Assembly (NCBI GenBank): GCA_963761195.1
Contig: CAVXGA010000009.1
Span: forward strand, 270,747-334,746
Reading direction: 5' to 3'
DNA length: 64,000 nt
DNA from: an uncultured Bacteroidales bacterium
Lineage (GTDB): Bacteria; Bacteroidota; Bacteroidia; Bacteroidales; JAADJA01
Shown here piece after piece: positions 52,095 through 61,578 of this stretch. The notes below the pieces were generated by a model. It was given only the letters and a program-made list of their open reading frames with translations, had not been told where the DNA came from and made no database searches. The position numbers and the translations under genes were made by a program. Position 1 is the first letter of the stretch, and every line of letters begins with the position of its first letter.

Positions 52095-53627
52095 TTATTG
52101 CACGTATACCCTGTATTCCCAGGGATTAAAATCCATTTTTGAGTTTTTCTTAAATTTCATTTTTGCTCTGGAAAATAGTTCCGTATAACTACCGGTGTAT
52201 TCATCCCCCTTTAAATTGAAAGAAACGGGTTTATCAGTAAGATTTGTAATTACAAATATTTTATTCTCACCTAACTCACGCGTAAAAGCCAATACCGATT
52301 TTTTAGCTGTTGAAGGAAGGATTTTTAAACTTCCTCCATAATTCCCATTCCAGAGTGCCGGATTATTTGTTTTCAATTTATTTAATACAGTATAAAATTC
52401 AATCCAGGGCGATTCCGGATCCCAGTGTATCGTATCTTTTTCGAAAAAAGCCAATCGTTTGTTAAGACCGGTTTCCTGCCCGCTATAAGTCAGTGGCATT
52501 CCGGGAAGGGTATAAATAAGTACTGCAAACGTTTTAACACCATTCCCCAGTCTTTCAAACTCTGTTCCGTTCCATGTGTTCTCATCGTGATTAGTGATAA
52601 AATTCATTCTATAGGCATTGGCAGGATACAGCGTATCCTGCTTTTCAAAATAACTTTTAATCGTATCAGGATTCATTGTTCCTTTCGCAATGCTATTCAT
52701 TATATGATGGAGTTCCCAGGCGTACGTCATATCAAATGCACGAATTTGCAAATCGGGCTGCTCAGCTTCTGCAAGCATAAAAACCGGTTTCACTTTATCC
52801 AATTCAATTCTTGCAGTGTCCCAAAAATCAGTTGGTACCATTCCCGCAACATCACAACGATAACCATCAATATCCGTCTCCTTTACCCAAAACTTCAAAA
52901 CATCAACCATATAATTCCTGAGTTCTTTGTTATCATAATTTAAGTCTGCCACATCCCACCAATCAGTTTCATTAGGGCTGATAGGATAGGTCATCCCGAG
53001 TTTTTCGAGATCCTTATAATAGTCAGGGTGTTCATCCATCCATTCTTTTTTCCAGGGGTAATTTCCCTTTTCAATTCGGGTATAAAAATCAGGATGCGTT
53101 TTTACCCATTCATTATCCCAAGAAGTGTGATTAACAGCAATATCCAGAATAACATACATTCCCAGTTTATGTATTTCATTAACCAGTGATTTAAATTCAT
53201 CAAGCGTACCAAATTCAGGATTGACCGAATAATAATCTTTTGTGGAGTAATAGCTGCCTAAGATTTTATTCCGCTGAGCCGTATCCTTAATTTCTTCTGC
53301 TATAACTGTCTGGGATGCTTTCCGGTGTAATTCTCCAATCGGAAAGATTGGCATCAGCCACAAAATATTCACATCCATTTTCTTCAATCGGGTCAAATGC
53401 TGCTCAAATGCTTTAAATGTCCCTTCCGCTGTGTACTGCCGGATATTTACTTCATAAATATTAACGTTTTTGCTCCATTCGGGATGGACGACAAAACTTT
53501 GCGGACGGGCAACTGATTTGACTTTTTTTTCATTTTTACAGGAAACAACAATCAAAACACTTGCTACTGATACAACTAATATTATAATATATAATAGGTT
53601 GTTGGAAATTTGGGAAAATGACTTCAT
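52095..53627 (-). CDS. GH13 alpha-amylase family glycoside hydrolase, lipoprotein
   Basis: 510-aa ORF with a lipobox (LIVVSC). GH13 regions are present: YVILDIAVNHTS, GYRCDVAGMVP, FMLAEAE and FITNHDE. Confidence 0.85.
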   Translation of the reverse strand: MKSFSQISNNLLYIIILVVSVASVLIVVSCKNEKKVKSVARPQSFVVHPEWSKNVNIYEVNIRQYTAEGTFKAFEQHLTRLKKMDVNILWLMPIFPIGELHRKASQTVIAEEIKDTAQRNKILGSYYSTKDYYSVNPEFGTLDEFKSLVNEIHKLGMYVILDIAVNHTSWDNEWVKTHPDFYTRIEKGNYPWKKEWMDEHPDYYKDLEKLGMTYPISPNETDWWDVADLNYDNKELRNYMVDVLKFWVKETDIDGYRCDVAGMVPTDFWDTARIELDKVKPVFMLAEAEQPDLQIRAFDMTYAWELHHIMNSIAKGTMNPDTIKSYFEKQDTLYPANAYRMNFITNHDENTWNGTEFERLGNGVKTFAVLIYTLPGMPLTYSGQETGLNKRLAFFEKDTIHWDPESPWIEFYTVLNKLKTNNPALWNGNYGGSLKILPSTAKKSVLAFTRELGENKIFVITNLTDKPVSFNLKGDEYTGSYTELFSRAKMKFKKNSKMDFNPWEYRVYVQ

Positions 53628-53651
53628 AAGTATAAGTTTATTGCAACAAAG

Positions 53652-54317
53652 TTAAATAAGATTTTCGAGTGTACTCACATTCAATCCCGTAAAATCAGGA
53701 ATTACAAGGTCCACATCTTTTAACTCATTCATTTTAAGAGTGGTTGTTAACCCGATGACCTTCATCCCAGCAGATCGTGCGGATTTAATACCGGGATTTG
53801 AATCTTCAAAAACAATGCATTTGGACGGCTGAGCGCCCAGGGTTTTTGCTGTTTCCAGGTAAATCTCCGGATCCGGCTTCCCATGTTTTACTGAAGCAGC
53901 GTCGAGTATAATTTGAAAATATCCTTTCAGTCCTGTATTTGATAACACAAACTCCACATTTTCGCCTGGAGATGAAGTAGCAAGTGCAATAGGTACCCGA
54001 TCATGTTTCAATTTGGCTAAAAAATCAGGCAAGCCCCTGACAGGTTCAATATGAGATTTATAAATCGTGCGGTATATTTGTTCCTTTTCCGTCGCGTAAA
54101 TCGCAATTTCATTTTCAGAAAGTTCTCTTCCAAAAAAAACACGAAGGTGGTCATGGTTAGTCCCCCCAAATACCTTAGTTCTGAAGTCATCCCCAAAACG
54201 GAGGTTGTATTTTTGACAAAACAACTCCCAGGCTTTTTGATGATAATAAAAGTTATTTACAACTACGCCATCCATGTCAAAAATGACGCTTAATTTATTT
54301 GTCATGTCAATTTCCAT
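53652..54317 (-). CDS. HAD-superfamily hydrolase, beta-phosphoglucomutase-like
   Basis: 221-aa ORF with HAD motif I (VIFDMDGVVVNN), ALATSS, KPDPEIY and VFEDSNPGIKSA. Confidence 0.75.
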   Translation of the reverse strand: MEIDMTNKLSVIFDMDGVVVNNFYYHQKAWELFCQKYNLRFGDDFRTKVFGGTNHDHLRVFFGRELSENEIAIYATEKEQIYRTIYKSHIEPVRGLPDFLAKLKHDRVPIALATSSPGENVEFVLSNTGLKGYFQIILDAASVKHGKPDPEIYLETAKTLGAQPSKCIVFEDSNPGIKSARSAGMKVIGLTTTLKMNELKDVDLVIPDFTGLNVSTLENLI

Positions 54318-54342
54318 AAAGACTGTAAAATTAAATAATCTC

Positions 54343-54350
54343 TATATTTG
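54343..54350 (+). promoter_or_regulatory. -7 promoter box TATATTTG
   Basis: Matches TAnnTTTG and lies 18 nt upstream of the ATG at 54368. Confidence 0.4.
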
Positions 54351-54367
54351 CTCCCCTAATTAAGATC

Positions 54368-54979
54368 ATGAAGCGGATTTATCTCGAAATAATTGTATTT
54401 GTGTCAGGAGCAGTGGTTATGGCTTTTGAAATCATTGGTTCCAGGATGCTAGGCCCTTATGTCGGCACTTCTATTTTTGTTTGGACAAGCATTATCGGGG
54501 TATTATTATTCAGCCTTAGCATTGGCTACCGTTTTGGCGGTTGGATTGCCGACCGGAAACCTCGTGCTGATTTGCTTTCTTTTATCATTTTCTTTGCAGG
54601 GCTATCCATGATCCTTTCAGCATCAATAAAAGATTGGGTTCTGACATGGTTTTTAAACTCAATAAGTAATATAAAGTTGGTTTGTGTATTCTCATCGTTA
54701 CTATTGCTGGCTTTACCATCCGTTTTACTTGGAATGGTTTCACCTTTTGCAGCCCGGTTAAAAATGAATTCGCTTGCTACTAGCGGAGCTACTGTTGGCA
54801 ACCTGTATGCCATTTCCACAATCGGCAGTATACTGGGTGTTTTTCTTGCAGGATTTTACCTGATTCCGACTTTTAAAACAACGGATATTCTTTTTATTCT
54901 TTCGATAACTTTAATTGCCACATCATTGTTTCTAAACGGAGTTCACAGGTTTTATCTGGTCAAACATCAAAACACATGA
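54368..54979 (+). CDS. Membrane-domain-only paralog of the fused membrane/spermidine-synthase-like protein
   Basis: 203-aa ORF. MKRIYLEIIVFVSGAVVMAFEIIGSRMLGPYVGTSIFVWTSIIG is collinear with the N-terminus of the 8725..10227 product. There is no C-terminal methyltransferase-fold domain. Its stop overlaps the next ATG (ATGA). Confidence 0.65.
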   Translation: MKRIYLEIIVFVSGAVVMAFEIIGSRMLGPYVGTSIFVWTSIIGVLLFSLSIGYRFGGWIADRKPRADLLSFIIFFAGLSMILSASIKDWVLTWFLNSISNIKLVCVFSSLLLLALPSVLLGMVSPFAARLKMNSLATSGATVGNLYAISTIGSILGVFLAGFYLIPTFKTTDILFILSITLIATSLFLNGVHRFYLVKHQNT

Positions 54980-55778
54980 AAAATTTATTTCTAAAAATAC
55001 TTGCGGTCTCTTTCGTGATTTTCGGGTACGGATGCACACCTTTACATGAAAATCATCGTGTCACGATTGCAATTTCAAAAGCAGTACCTGATTCTAACTA
55101 TATAAACTATTTTAAATGGCTTAGATTTGGAGATTCCACGGTTATTTACAAGGACATGTATCATTTAAGCTATGATTCAGCTTTGCTTGTTTTAAAGAAT
55201 TGTGACGGATTATTATTAACCGGAGGAACGGATGTCTATCCGGGTAGGTTTGGGAAAGAAAAAGATACTTCCCGTTGCTGGGAACCGGATTTTAAAAGAG
55301 ACAGCTTAGAATTTCTTCTGATGCACGAGGCATTGCGATCAGAAATGCCAATTATGGGTATTTGCAGAGGTCTCCAGGTAATGAATGTTTATTTTGGCGG
55401 GAGCTTAATCATTGATATTCCCGACCGACTTCGACACACTGGTAAAACATCAGATGGAAGATTACACCAAATGTTTCCATGATGTCCGGATTGAAAAAGG
55501 TTCACTGTTATATGAAATCAGTAAAGTAACTGAAGGGATCACAAATTGCAATCATCATCAGGGTATCGATGTGCTTGCGGATACCCTTGAAGGTATTGCC
55601 TATACAAATGATGGATTGATTGAAGCCATCGACTATAAAGACCGGGGGAATAAGACCTTCTTGCTCGGTGTGCAATGGCATCCGGAAAGACTGGATTATT
55701 CAAACCCGCTTTCAGGACTCATAGCAAAAAGATTTCTTCAGGAAGCAGCAGAATATGCTAAAAAAAGTCAACCGATGA
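54976..55778 (+). pseudogene. Class I glutamine amidotransferase / peptidase C26 (gamma-glutamyl-GABA hydrolase, PuuD-like) lipoprotein. It is frameshifted at 55420-55422 and lacks an in-frame stop before galM as assembled.
   Basis: It has a lipobox (FGYGC) and the motif GICRGLQVMNVYFGGSLIIDIP. One extra base (CCC) is then needed to continue TDFDTLVKHQ...NCNHHQGID...LGVQWHPE. Removing one A from the A7 run at 55760-55766 gives ...AEYAKKVNR* with a TGA overlapping the galM ATG. Confidence 0.75.
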
Positions 55779-56903
55779 AAAATATTTCCTTTCTCTTATC
55801 TTCAGTGCTTATCCTATTATCAGGATGCAATAACATACCCAATTCAAAAGAAGTTAAAAAGAATCAGCCAATGAATATTTCAAAAGAAAAGTTCGGACAG
55901 ATCGATGATAAAGAAGTAAATCTTTACACCCTGACAAACAGTAACGGTATGATCGTAAAAATAACAAATTACGGCGGGATTGTTACTTCTCTGATCGTAC
56001 CCGATAAAAATGGAAAATTCGATGATGTTGTTCTTGGTTACGACAGTCTTGCGGGTTATCTTAAGGACACGCCTTATTTTGGTGCCATTGTAGGGAGGTA
56101 TGCAAACCGAATTGCAAATGGTGCCTTTTCGTTAGACGGGAAAAATTATACACTTGCTGTTAATAATGGTCCGAATCATTTGCATGGAGGAATCAAAGGA
56201 TTTGATAAAGTAATTTGGGATGCAGAGGAAAATAAGAATGACAATGAAGTTGGTCTTAAACTTCACTATTTATCGAGGGACGGTGAAGAAGGGTATCCTG
56301 GTAATCTGAATGTGACAGTGGTTTATTCACTTACAAATGATAATGAATTAAAAATTGTGTATTCAGCCGAAACCGATAAACCGACTCCTGTTAATTTAAG
56401 CCATCATAGTTATTTCAATCTTGCCGGAACATCCGGTCGAGATATACTGTCTCAGGTTTTATTTATTGATGCCGACAAATATACAGTCGTAGATTCCACA
56501 TTAATTCCCACAGGGGAATTAAGAAGTGTTGACGGTCCCATGGATTTCAGGAAACCGATGCCTGTGGGAAGCAGAATTGACCAGGTTCCTGGTGGCTACG
56601 ACCATAATTATGTACTGAATAATCAAGGGACTTTGTCCAAAGTTGCTATGTTATCCGACTCGGTTTCAGGAAGGACAATGGAAGTATACACCGACCAACC
56701 CGGACTTCAGTTTTATTCGGGAAATTTTCTGGATGGAACAATCACGGGAAAACAACGGAATAAAGTACGCACAACATTTTGGTCTTTGCCTGGAGGCACA
56801 GCATTTCCCTGATTCGCCCAACCATCCTGAATTTCCGAATACGATTTTAAAGCCTGGTGAGGAATATAAGCAAATGACAGTTTACAAGTTTGGGGTGAAG
56901 TAA
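55775..56903 (+). pseudogene. galM: Aldose 1-epimerase (galactose mutarotase) lipoprotein, frameshifted near 56749-56752
   Basis: It starts MKNISFLLSSVLILLSGC (lipoprotein signal) and contains YGGIVTSLIVPDKNG...GRYANRIANG...NHLHGG...HHSYFNL. After ...FLDGTITG the frame must shift (A4 run) to read NNGIKYAQHFGLCLEAQHFPDSPNHPEFPNTILKPGEEY, the conserved C-terminus. Confidence 0.85.
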
Positions 56904-56907
56904 ATCT

Positions 56908-56939
56908 AACCTAACAGGTTTTTTCCAACCTGTTAGGTT
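56908..56939. repeat. REP-like perfect hairpin (13-bp stem AACCTAACAGGTT / AACCTGTTAGGTT, 6-nt loop)
   Basis: Read directly from the sequence. It begins 5 nt after the galM stop. Confidence 0.85.
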
Positions 56940-56948
56940 CACAAAAGG

Positions 56949-56960
56949 ACCTGTTAGGTT
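56949..56960. repeat. Solo REP arm ACCTGTTAGGTT
   Basis: Identical to the right arm of both hairpins. It overlaps the stop codon of the transposase-like ORF. Confidence 0.7.
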
Positions 56961-57577
56961 ATATCTGTCAGATATTTTTCACTGCCCGGCTTCCGCTTGT
57001 TTTCTTCATGAAATTCGATAAAGCTTTTAATATCGCCAAAATATTCCATGCCTATATCCCGTCTTATCCTTGTTTTACCTTTAGAGAGATAGGCATTATA
57101 GGATGAATATTTCCAGGATTTATGATCTTGAGTCAATCCGTGATGAACAGGGTTTCTGTGAATGTAGTTGACGATAGAAATGAAATAGGATTCCTCCTCT
57201 ACAAGATTCTTTTTATAAGGCAATATAAAAAGTTTTCCCTTTCGGTTATACCTTAGATTATAAGTTTTGGTATAGCTATTGAAAAAGTTACTGAAAGCTT
57301 GATTTATCCTGTCTTCAATAGATTCGACATAAACAATTTTCAGGTTTGTGAGGATCGCTTCCTGATCAAGCACCCTGATAAATAAATGAAAATGATTGGG
57401 TATTAAACAATATGAAATCAGGTCAGCTACAGGGAGAATAAATCTTTCAATTTTATTAAGAAAATAGATATAATCTGTTTGATCAATAAAAAGCACTTCA
57501 TTGCCTACTGCCCTGTTAAATATATGATAATGCTTTTCAGGTTCAAGAACTACGTTTTTATGGATTGGGCTGGGCAT
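56954..57577 (-). mobile_element. RayT / IS200-like HUH (Y1) tyrosine transposase homolog
   Basis: 207-aa ORF. The HUH motif is in LIPNHFHLFIRV, and a conserved Tyr helix is in IVNYIHRNPVHHGL. It is flanked by cognate palindromic repeats. Confidence 0.7.
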
Positions 57578-57600
57578 ATATTAGATTTTTTCTTCATGCA

Positions 57601-57632
57601 AACCTAACAGGTCAGAAAAGACCTGTTAGGTT
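57601..57632. repeat. REP-like perfect hairpin (13-bp stem AACCTAACAGGTC / GACCTGTTAGGTT, 6-nt loop)
   Basis: Read directly from the sequence. It shares a 12-nt core with the 56908-56939 hairpin, and its right arm contains the ppk2 stop codon. Confidence 0.85.
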
Positions 57633-58437
57633 AGTATTTTTCAGGTACAAAGGTCTGTTCTGTAATGGGTGGGCGCAAATAGCCTTTTTTCTTTTTGCGC
57701 TCCGGGAGTTTAATTGCTTCAGGTTCCGGATATCTATAAGGAATCATTGATAACAGATGAGAAATGCAATTCAGCCTCGATCGTTTCTTATCATCGGCTT
57801 CTACTACAAACCAGGGCGATTGTTTGGTATCGGTATATGAAAACATCTCGTCTTTAGCTTTGGAATATTCTGTCCATTTTTCATAAGATTTTAAATCGAC
57901 TTCGCTGAATTTCCATCGTTTGACCGGATCATTTATACGTGCTTTGAATCTTTTTTCCTGTTCTTTATCGCTGACTGAAAACCAGTATTTGATTAAAACA
58001 ATTCCCGAGCGGATCAGCATTTGTTCAAATTCAGGACATGACCGGAGGAATTCCCAGTATTCTTCATCTGTACAAAACTCCATGACCCGCTCCACGACAG
58101 CCCGGTTGTACCAGCTTCGGTCGAATAATACCATTTCGCCAGCTGCCGGAAGATGCGAAATATAGCGCTGGAAATACCATTGTGTACTTTCCCTTGAAGT
58201 AGGAATTCCAAGAGCAGCAATCCGGCAAATTCTTGGGTTCAGCTTTTCGGTGATTCGTTTTATTGCTCCACCTTTACCTGCGGCATCTCTTCCTTCAAAT
58301 ACAACAACCACTTTTAATCCCTGTTCCCTGATCCATTCCTGTAATTTAACCAACTCGATCTGGAGTTTTGATATCTCTTTTTCATAAGCTTTATTACTAA
58401 GCTCCTTTTTCCTTTTTGCTGGTTTGTGTTCTTCCAT
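57631..58437 (-). CDS. ppk2: Polyphosphate kinase 2 family protein
   Basis: 268-aa ORF containing VVVFEGRDAAGKGGAIKRI (Walker A) and FDRSWYNRAVVERVMEF. Confidence 0.9.
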   Translation of the reverse strand: MEEHKPAKRKKELSNKAYEKEISKLQIELVKLQEWIREQGLKVVVVFEGRDAAGKGGAIKRITEKLNPRICRIAALGIPTSRESTQWYFQRYISHLPAAGEMVLFDRSWYNRAVVERVMEFCTDEEYWEFLRSCPEFEQMLIRSGIVLIKYWFSVSDKEQEKRFKARINDPVKRWKFSEVDLKSYEKWTEYSKAKDEMFSYTDTKQSPWFVVEADDKKRSRLNCISHLLSMIPYRYPEPEAIKLPERKKKKGYLRPPITEQTFVPEKY

Positions 58438-58472
58438 TCAATGTTAGTTTATTTGCTATAAATCAGGATTTA

Positions 58473-59632
58473 TCATCCTTCGATTTTCATAATCCCACTT
58501 CCCGTTTCAGCTTCATAAAAATCTGCAATTAATCCCGTCCTGATTTTATAATTTTCAGCCACACGATTTTTAAAACTGTCAATACTATTTTTATGAACAA
58601 GGCTTACGGTACAGCCGCCAAATCCCGCACCTGTCATTCGTGAGCCCAGAACATCATCAACTTTTGCAGCTTCTTCCACCAGAATATCAAGTTCACTGCA
58701 ACTCACCTCATAATCGTTTTTTAAGGATTCATGCGATTCGTACATCAGATTTCCAAGTTTTACAAGATCACCGGCTTTCAACACTTTTACAGCTTCTGTT
58801 ACCCGCTGGTTTTCAGAAATAACATGGTGGGCCCGTTTCCTGATAACCGGATTGAATATCAAATGTTCATACCTTTCTAAAATCTTCCAAACTCAAACCG
58901 GATAAGTTTTTGATGTTGACCGATTTATTCAGGGATTCAACTGCTTGTTCGCATTCACTTCTTCTTTCATTGTATTTCGAATCAGCGAGTTCCCTTCGTT
59001 TATTTGTATTGGTTATGATCAGTTTATAGTCACCCAAAATAAGTGGCACTTTTTCATAATCAAGCGTATCGCAATTTAAAAAAACCGCATGATCCTTTTC
59101 TCCCATTGCTACCGCAAACTGATCCATGATGCCGCATTTCATACCCACAAATTCATTTTCGGCATGTTGCGATAATTTAATCAAATCAATCTTTTTTAAT
59201 CCTGAATCCAAAAAGTAATTCAAAGCAAATGCAGTTACCAGTTCAATGGAAGCAGATGAAGATAATCCGGCACCATTTGGAATATTTCCTGAGTAAAGTA
59301 ATTCAAGTCCGGGGACTTCGAGTCCTTTGTAGCTGAAATTCCTTAATTATTCCGAGCGGATAGTTCATCCATTCATTTCCGACCCGGCTAACGTCATCTT
59401 TGATACAAACCTCAGCAGTTCTTACAAAATTTAATGACCTGAACTTAATTACCTGTTTGTTAATCTTTCTGGCCAGTAAAAAGGTTCCATATTGCAGGCT
59501 GCATGGTAAAACATAACCACCATTATAATCGGTATGTTCGCCAATCAGATTTACACGTCCGGGTGCAAAAAATACAGAAACCGGTTCATTTCCATCCCCA
59601 TAAGTTTGTGCAAATGTTTTTCCTGAGTTCAT
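58473..59632 (-). pseudogene. galK: Galactokinase, broken into three ORFs by two single-base frame disruptions
   Basis: The N-terminus is APGRVNLIGEHTDYNGGYVLP. After ...GIIKEF the frame shifts (minus TTT, + strand 59336-59338) to read SYKGLEVPGLELLYSGNIPNGAGLSSSASIE...GIMDQF. After ...LEDFRK it shifts again (minus GG, + strand 58872-58873) to read YEHL...RRAHHVISENQRV...GSRMTGAGFGGC. Confidence 0.9.
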
Positions 59633-59654
59633 TGACTTCCATAATAATGCTGAT

Positions 59655-60452
59655 TTAATATGTGTAAAAGCAGACTAACCCATCATTCCTGCAATTGATC
59701 CGCCATCGACACTGATAGTTTGACCCGTAATATAGCCTGATAATTGGTGAAAGCAGCCAGGCTCCCAATGCACCAAATTCATCCGGATTACCAATCCTGC
59801 CTACTTTTGTTTCCGCCATGTATTTCTGTTTTGCCTCAGCAATTGTAATGTTTTCGATCTGGCTTCTTTTAATATACAAGCGTTCCACAGCAGGTGTTTC
59901 GTGAAATCCCGGAGCCAGTACATTTAACGTAATTCCGTTTTTCCCAACTTCCTGCGACAATGTCTTTACAAATCCCACAACGGCCAAACGCATCGAATTG
60001 CTTAAGACAAGATTCCTGACAGGCTGTTTAACTGCTGAACTCTCGATATAAAGTATTCTTCCATAGTTTTGCTTCAAAAATTTCGGTAGCAGTTTTTGTG
60101 TCAGATCGATTTTCCACCTTACCAGGCTACGATAAGCTTCATCCCAGTCAGATAATTCAGTTTCAATAAATGCTTTTGCAGGTGGTCCACCTGAATTTAG
60201 AAGCAGTCCTTCAATTCGGCGTTCTCCAATAGAATCGCAAAGTTTTTGAATGGTTTCAGGCTGTGTGATATCTCCCTGAAAAACCTCGACAGAACTTTCA
60301 TAGCCGGTAGCTGATTCTTCAAGCTTTTCTTTATTTCTTGCTACTGCAATGATTTTGGCACCATCCTTTAAAAGTGCAGTGGCAACGCCTTTTCCAAGAC
60401 CGCTACTGGCTCCGATTACGACAAATAATTTATTTTCAATTCCAAGATCCAT
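59655..60452 (-). CDS. Short-chain dehydrogenase/reductase (SDR). The C-terminal ~25 residues are out of frame as assembled.
   Basis: It contains VIGASSGLGKG and NSMRLAVVGFVKTLSQE. After ...GAWLLSP the adjacent frame reads LSGYITGQTISVDGGSIAGMMG* (stop at 59675-59677), the canonical SDR C-terminus. The extra base is at + strand TT 59744-59745. Confidence 0.85.
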   Translation of the reverse strand: MDLGIENKLFVVIGASSGLGKGVATALLKDGAKIIAVARNKEKLEESATGYESSVEVFQGDITQPETIQKLCDSIGERRIEGLLLNSGGPPAKAFIETELSDWDEAYRSLVRWKIDLTQKLLPKFLKQNYGRILYIESSAVKQPVRNLVLSNSMRLAVVGFVKTLSQEVGKNGITLNVLAPGFHETPAVERLYIKRSQIENITIAEAKQKYMAETKVGRIGNPDEFGALGAWLLSPIIRLYYGSNYQCRWRINCRNDGLVCFYTY

Positions 60453-60472
60453 AACGCTTTAAAATTTAAAAA

Positions 60473-61555
60473 TCATTTATACCTGATGATGATATCCGTT
60501 GCTCCATATCCAAATTGTTTCATCGAAGCATCGCGGTATTCAATATTGGGATAGTCTTTTAAAATTTCTTTGATAGTTGTTTTTAATACCCCTGTGCCTA
60601 CTCCATGAATAAAGGTTACTTTAGAAAAATGATTTGCAATAGCGCTCTCAATGCATTTTGTAAAATAATTTACCTGAATTCTCAATTTCTCTGTATTTTC
60701 AAGTGAATCCTCATCTTCGACCAATTCGGATAGGTGCAGGTCAACAACTGCCTCTGTAGGACCAGTCCTGTGTTTATCAATAATGTGCTCAGGTTCGATG
60801 TCTACTGATTTCACGATTAAATTATCTTGAGCTTCATCCTTTGACATAGCCTCATTTTTATATAAAGTTACAGAAGCAGACATAGGCAACAGTGAAACAA
60901 GAATTGCTTTGCCATTGAGAATTCCAGATTCTTTATAACTCCCTTCCTGATAAAAGCGGGATCCTTGTACCCTGAATTGTGAATTGCCGGGATTCAATAT
61001 TATGCGATCCCTGTCTTTATGATACATTACCTGGATGAAGCCATTTTCCCATTTTCCTACATCGTCCCTTTCAAGAGTTTCGAGCAGCACCATGGATTCA
61101 GCATTGATTGATCCGTAATCAAATCCGCTATATTTTCCCCTTTCGCTTTCAAGAAAGATATTATAAAGAATATCATATTCCGTTTGGTTGACCAGATAAA
61201 CATCAAGCATTCCTGTAATAAGCCATTTCTGGTCGTGAGGGAGAAAAGCAAAATAAATGCCGTCGGCAAGCACTCCTTTTGCAGGCTGTTTCAACAAAGG
61301 AACATTCCGTGTATCACTTTCATACTCAGAAGCCATTGGAGTCTCTATTTTTACCTGATAGTCCTCATGAAACATATGTTTTGGAGAATCAAAGTGATCT
61401 TCTGTTTCTACTTTGATAATTTCACTGGTGAGGTGAGGGATTTCAAAACCCTCTTCGATTGCAATATTGACTAAGCTTGAACTGATTATTTTGCTTACAA
61501 CCCCTCCCCCCTTTTCATTCAGGAATTTTACCTTATCACCCACCTTAAATTTCAT
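60473..61555 (-). CDS. Smr (MutS2 C-terminal-like) domain protein with an N-terminal domain of unknown function
   Basis: The probable start is the Met at 61555 (MKFKVGDKVKFLNEKGGG). The C-terminal Smr motif is VVDLHLSEL...VTFIHGVGTGVLKTTIKEIL. Confidence 0.7.
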   Translation of the reverse strand: MKFKVGDKVKFLNEKGGGVVSKIISSSLVNIAIEEGFEIPHLTSEIIKVETEDHFDSPKHMFHEDYQVKIETPMASEYESDTRNVPLLKQPAKGVLADGIYFAFLPHDQKWLITGMLDVYLVNQTEYDILYNIFLESERGKYSGFDYGSINAESMVLLETLERDDVGKWENGFIQVMYHKDRDRIILNPGNSQFRVQGSRFYQEGSYKESGILNGKAILVSLLPMSASVTLYKNEAMSKDEAQDNLIVKSVDIEPEHIIDKHRTGPTEAVVDLHLSELVEDEDSLENTEKLRIQVNYFTKCIESAIANHFSKVTFIHGVGTGVLKTTIKEILKDYPNIEYRDASMKQFGYGATDIIIRYK

Positions 61556-61570
61556 TGTATCAATTTTCAG

Positions 61571-61578
61571 CAAAAGTA
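61571..61578 (-). promoter_or_regulatory. -7 promoter box TACTTTTG (minus strand)
   Basis: Matches TAnnTTTG and lies 16 nt upstream of the ATG at 61555. It supports the internal start. Confidence 0.4.
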
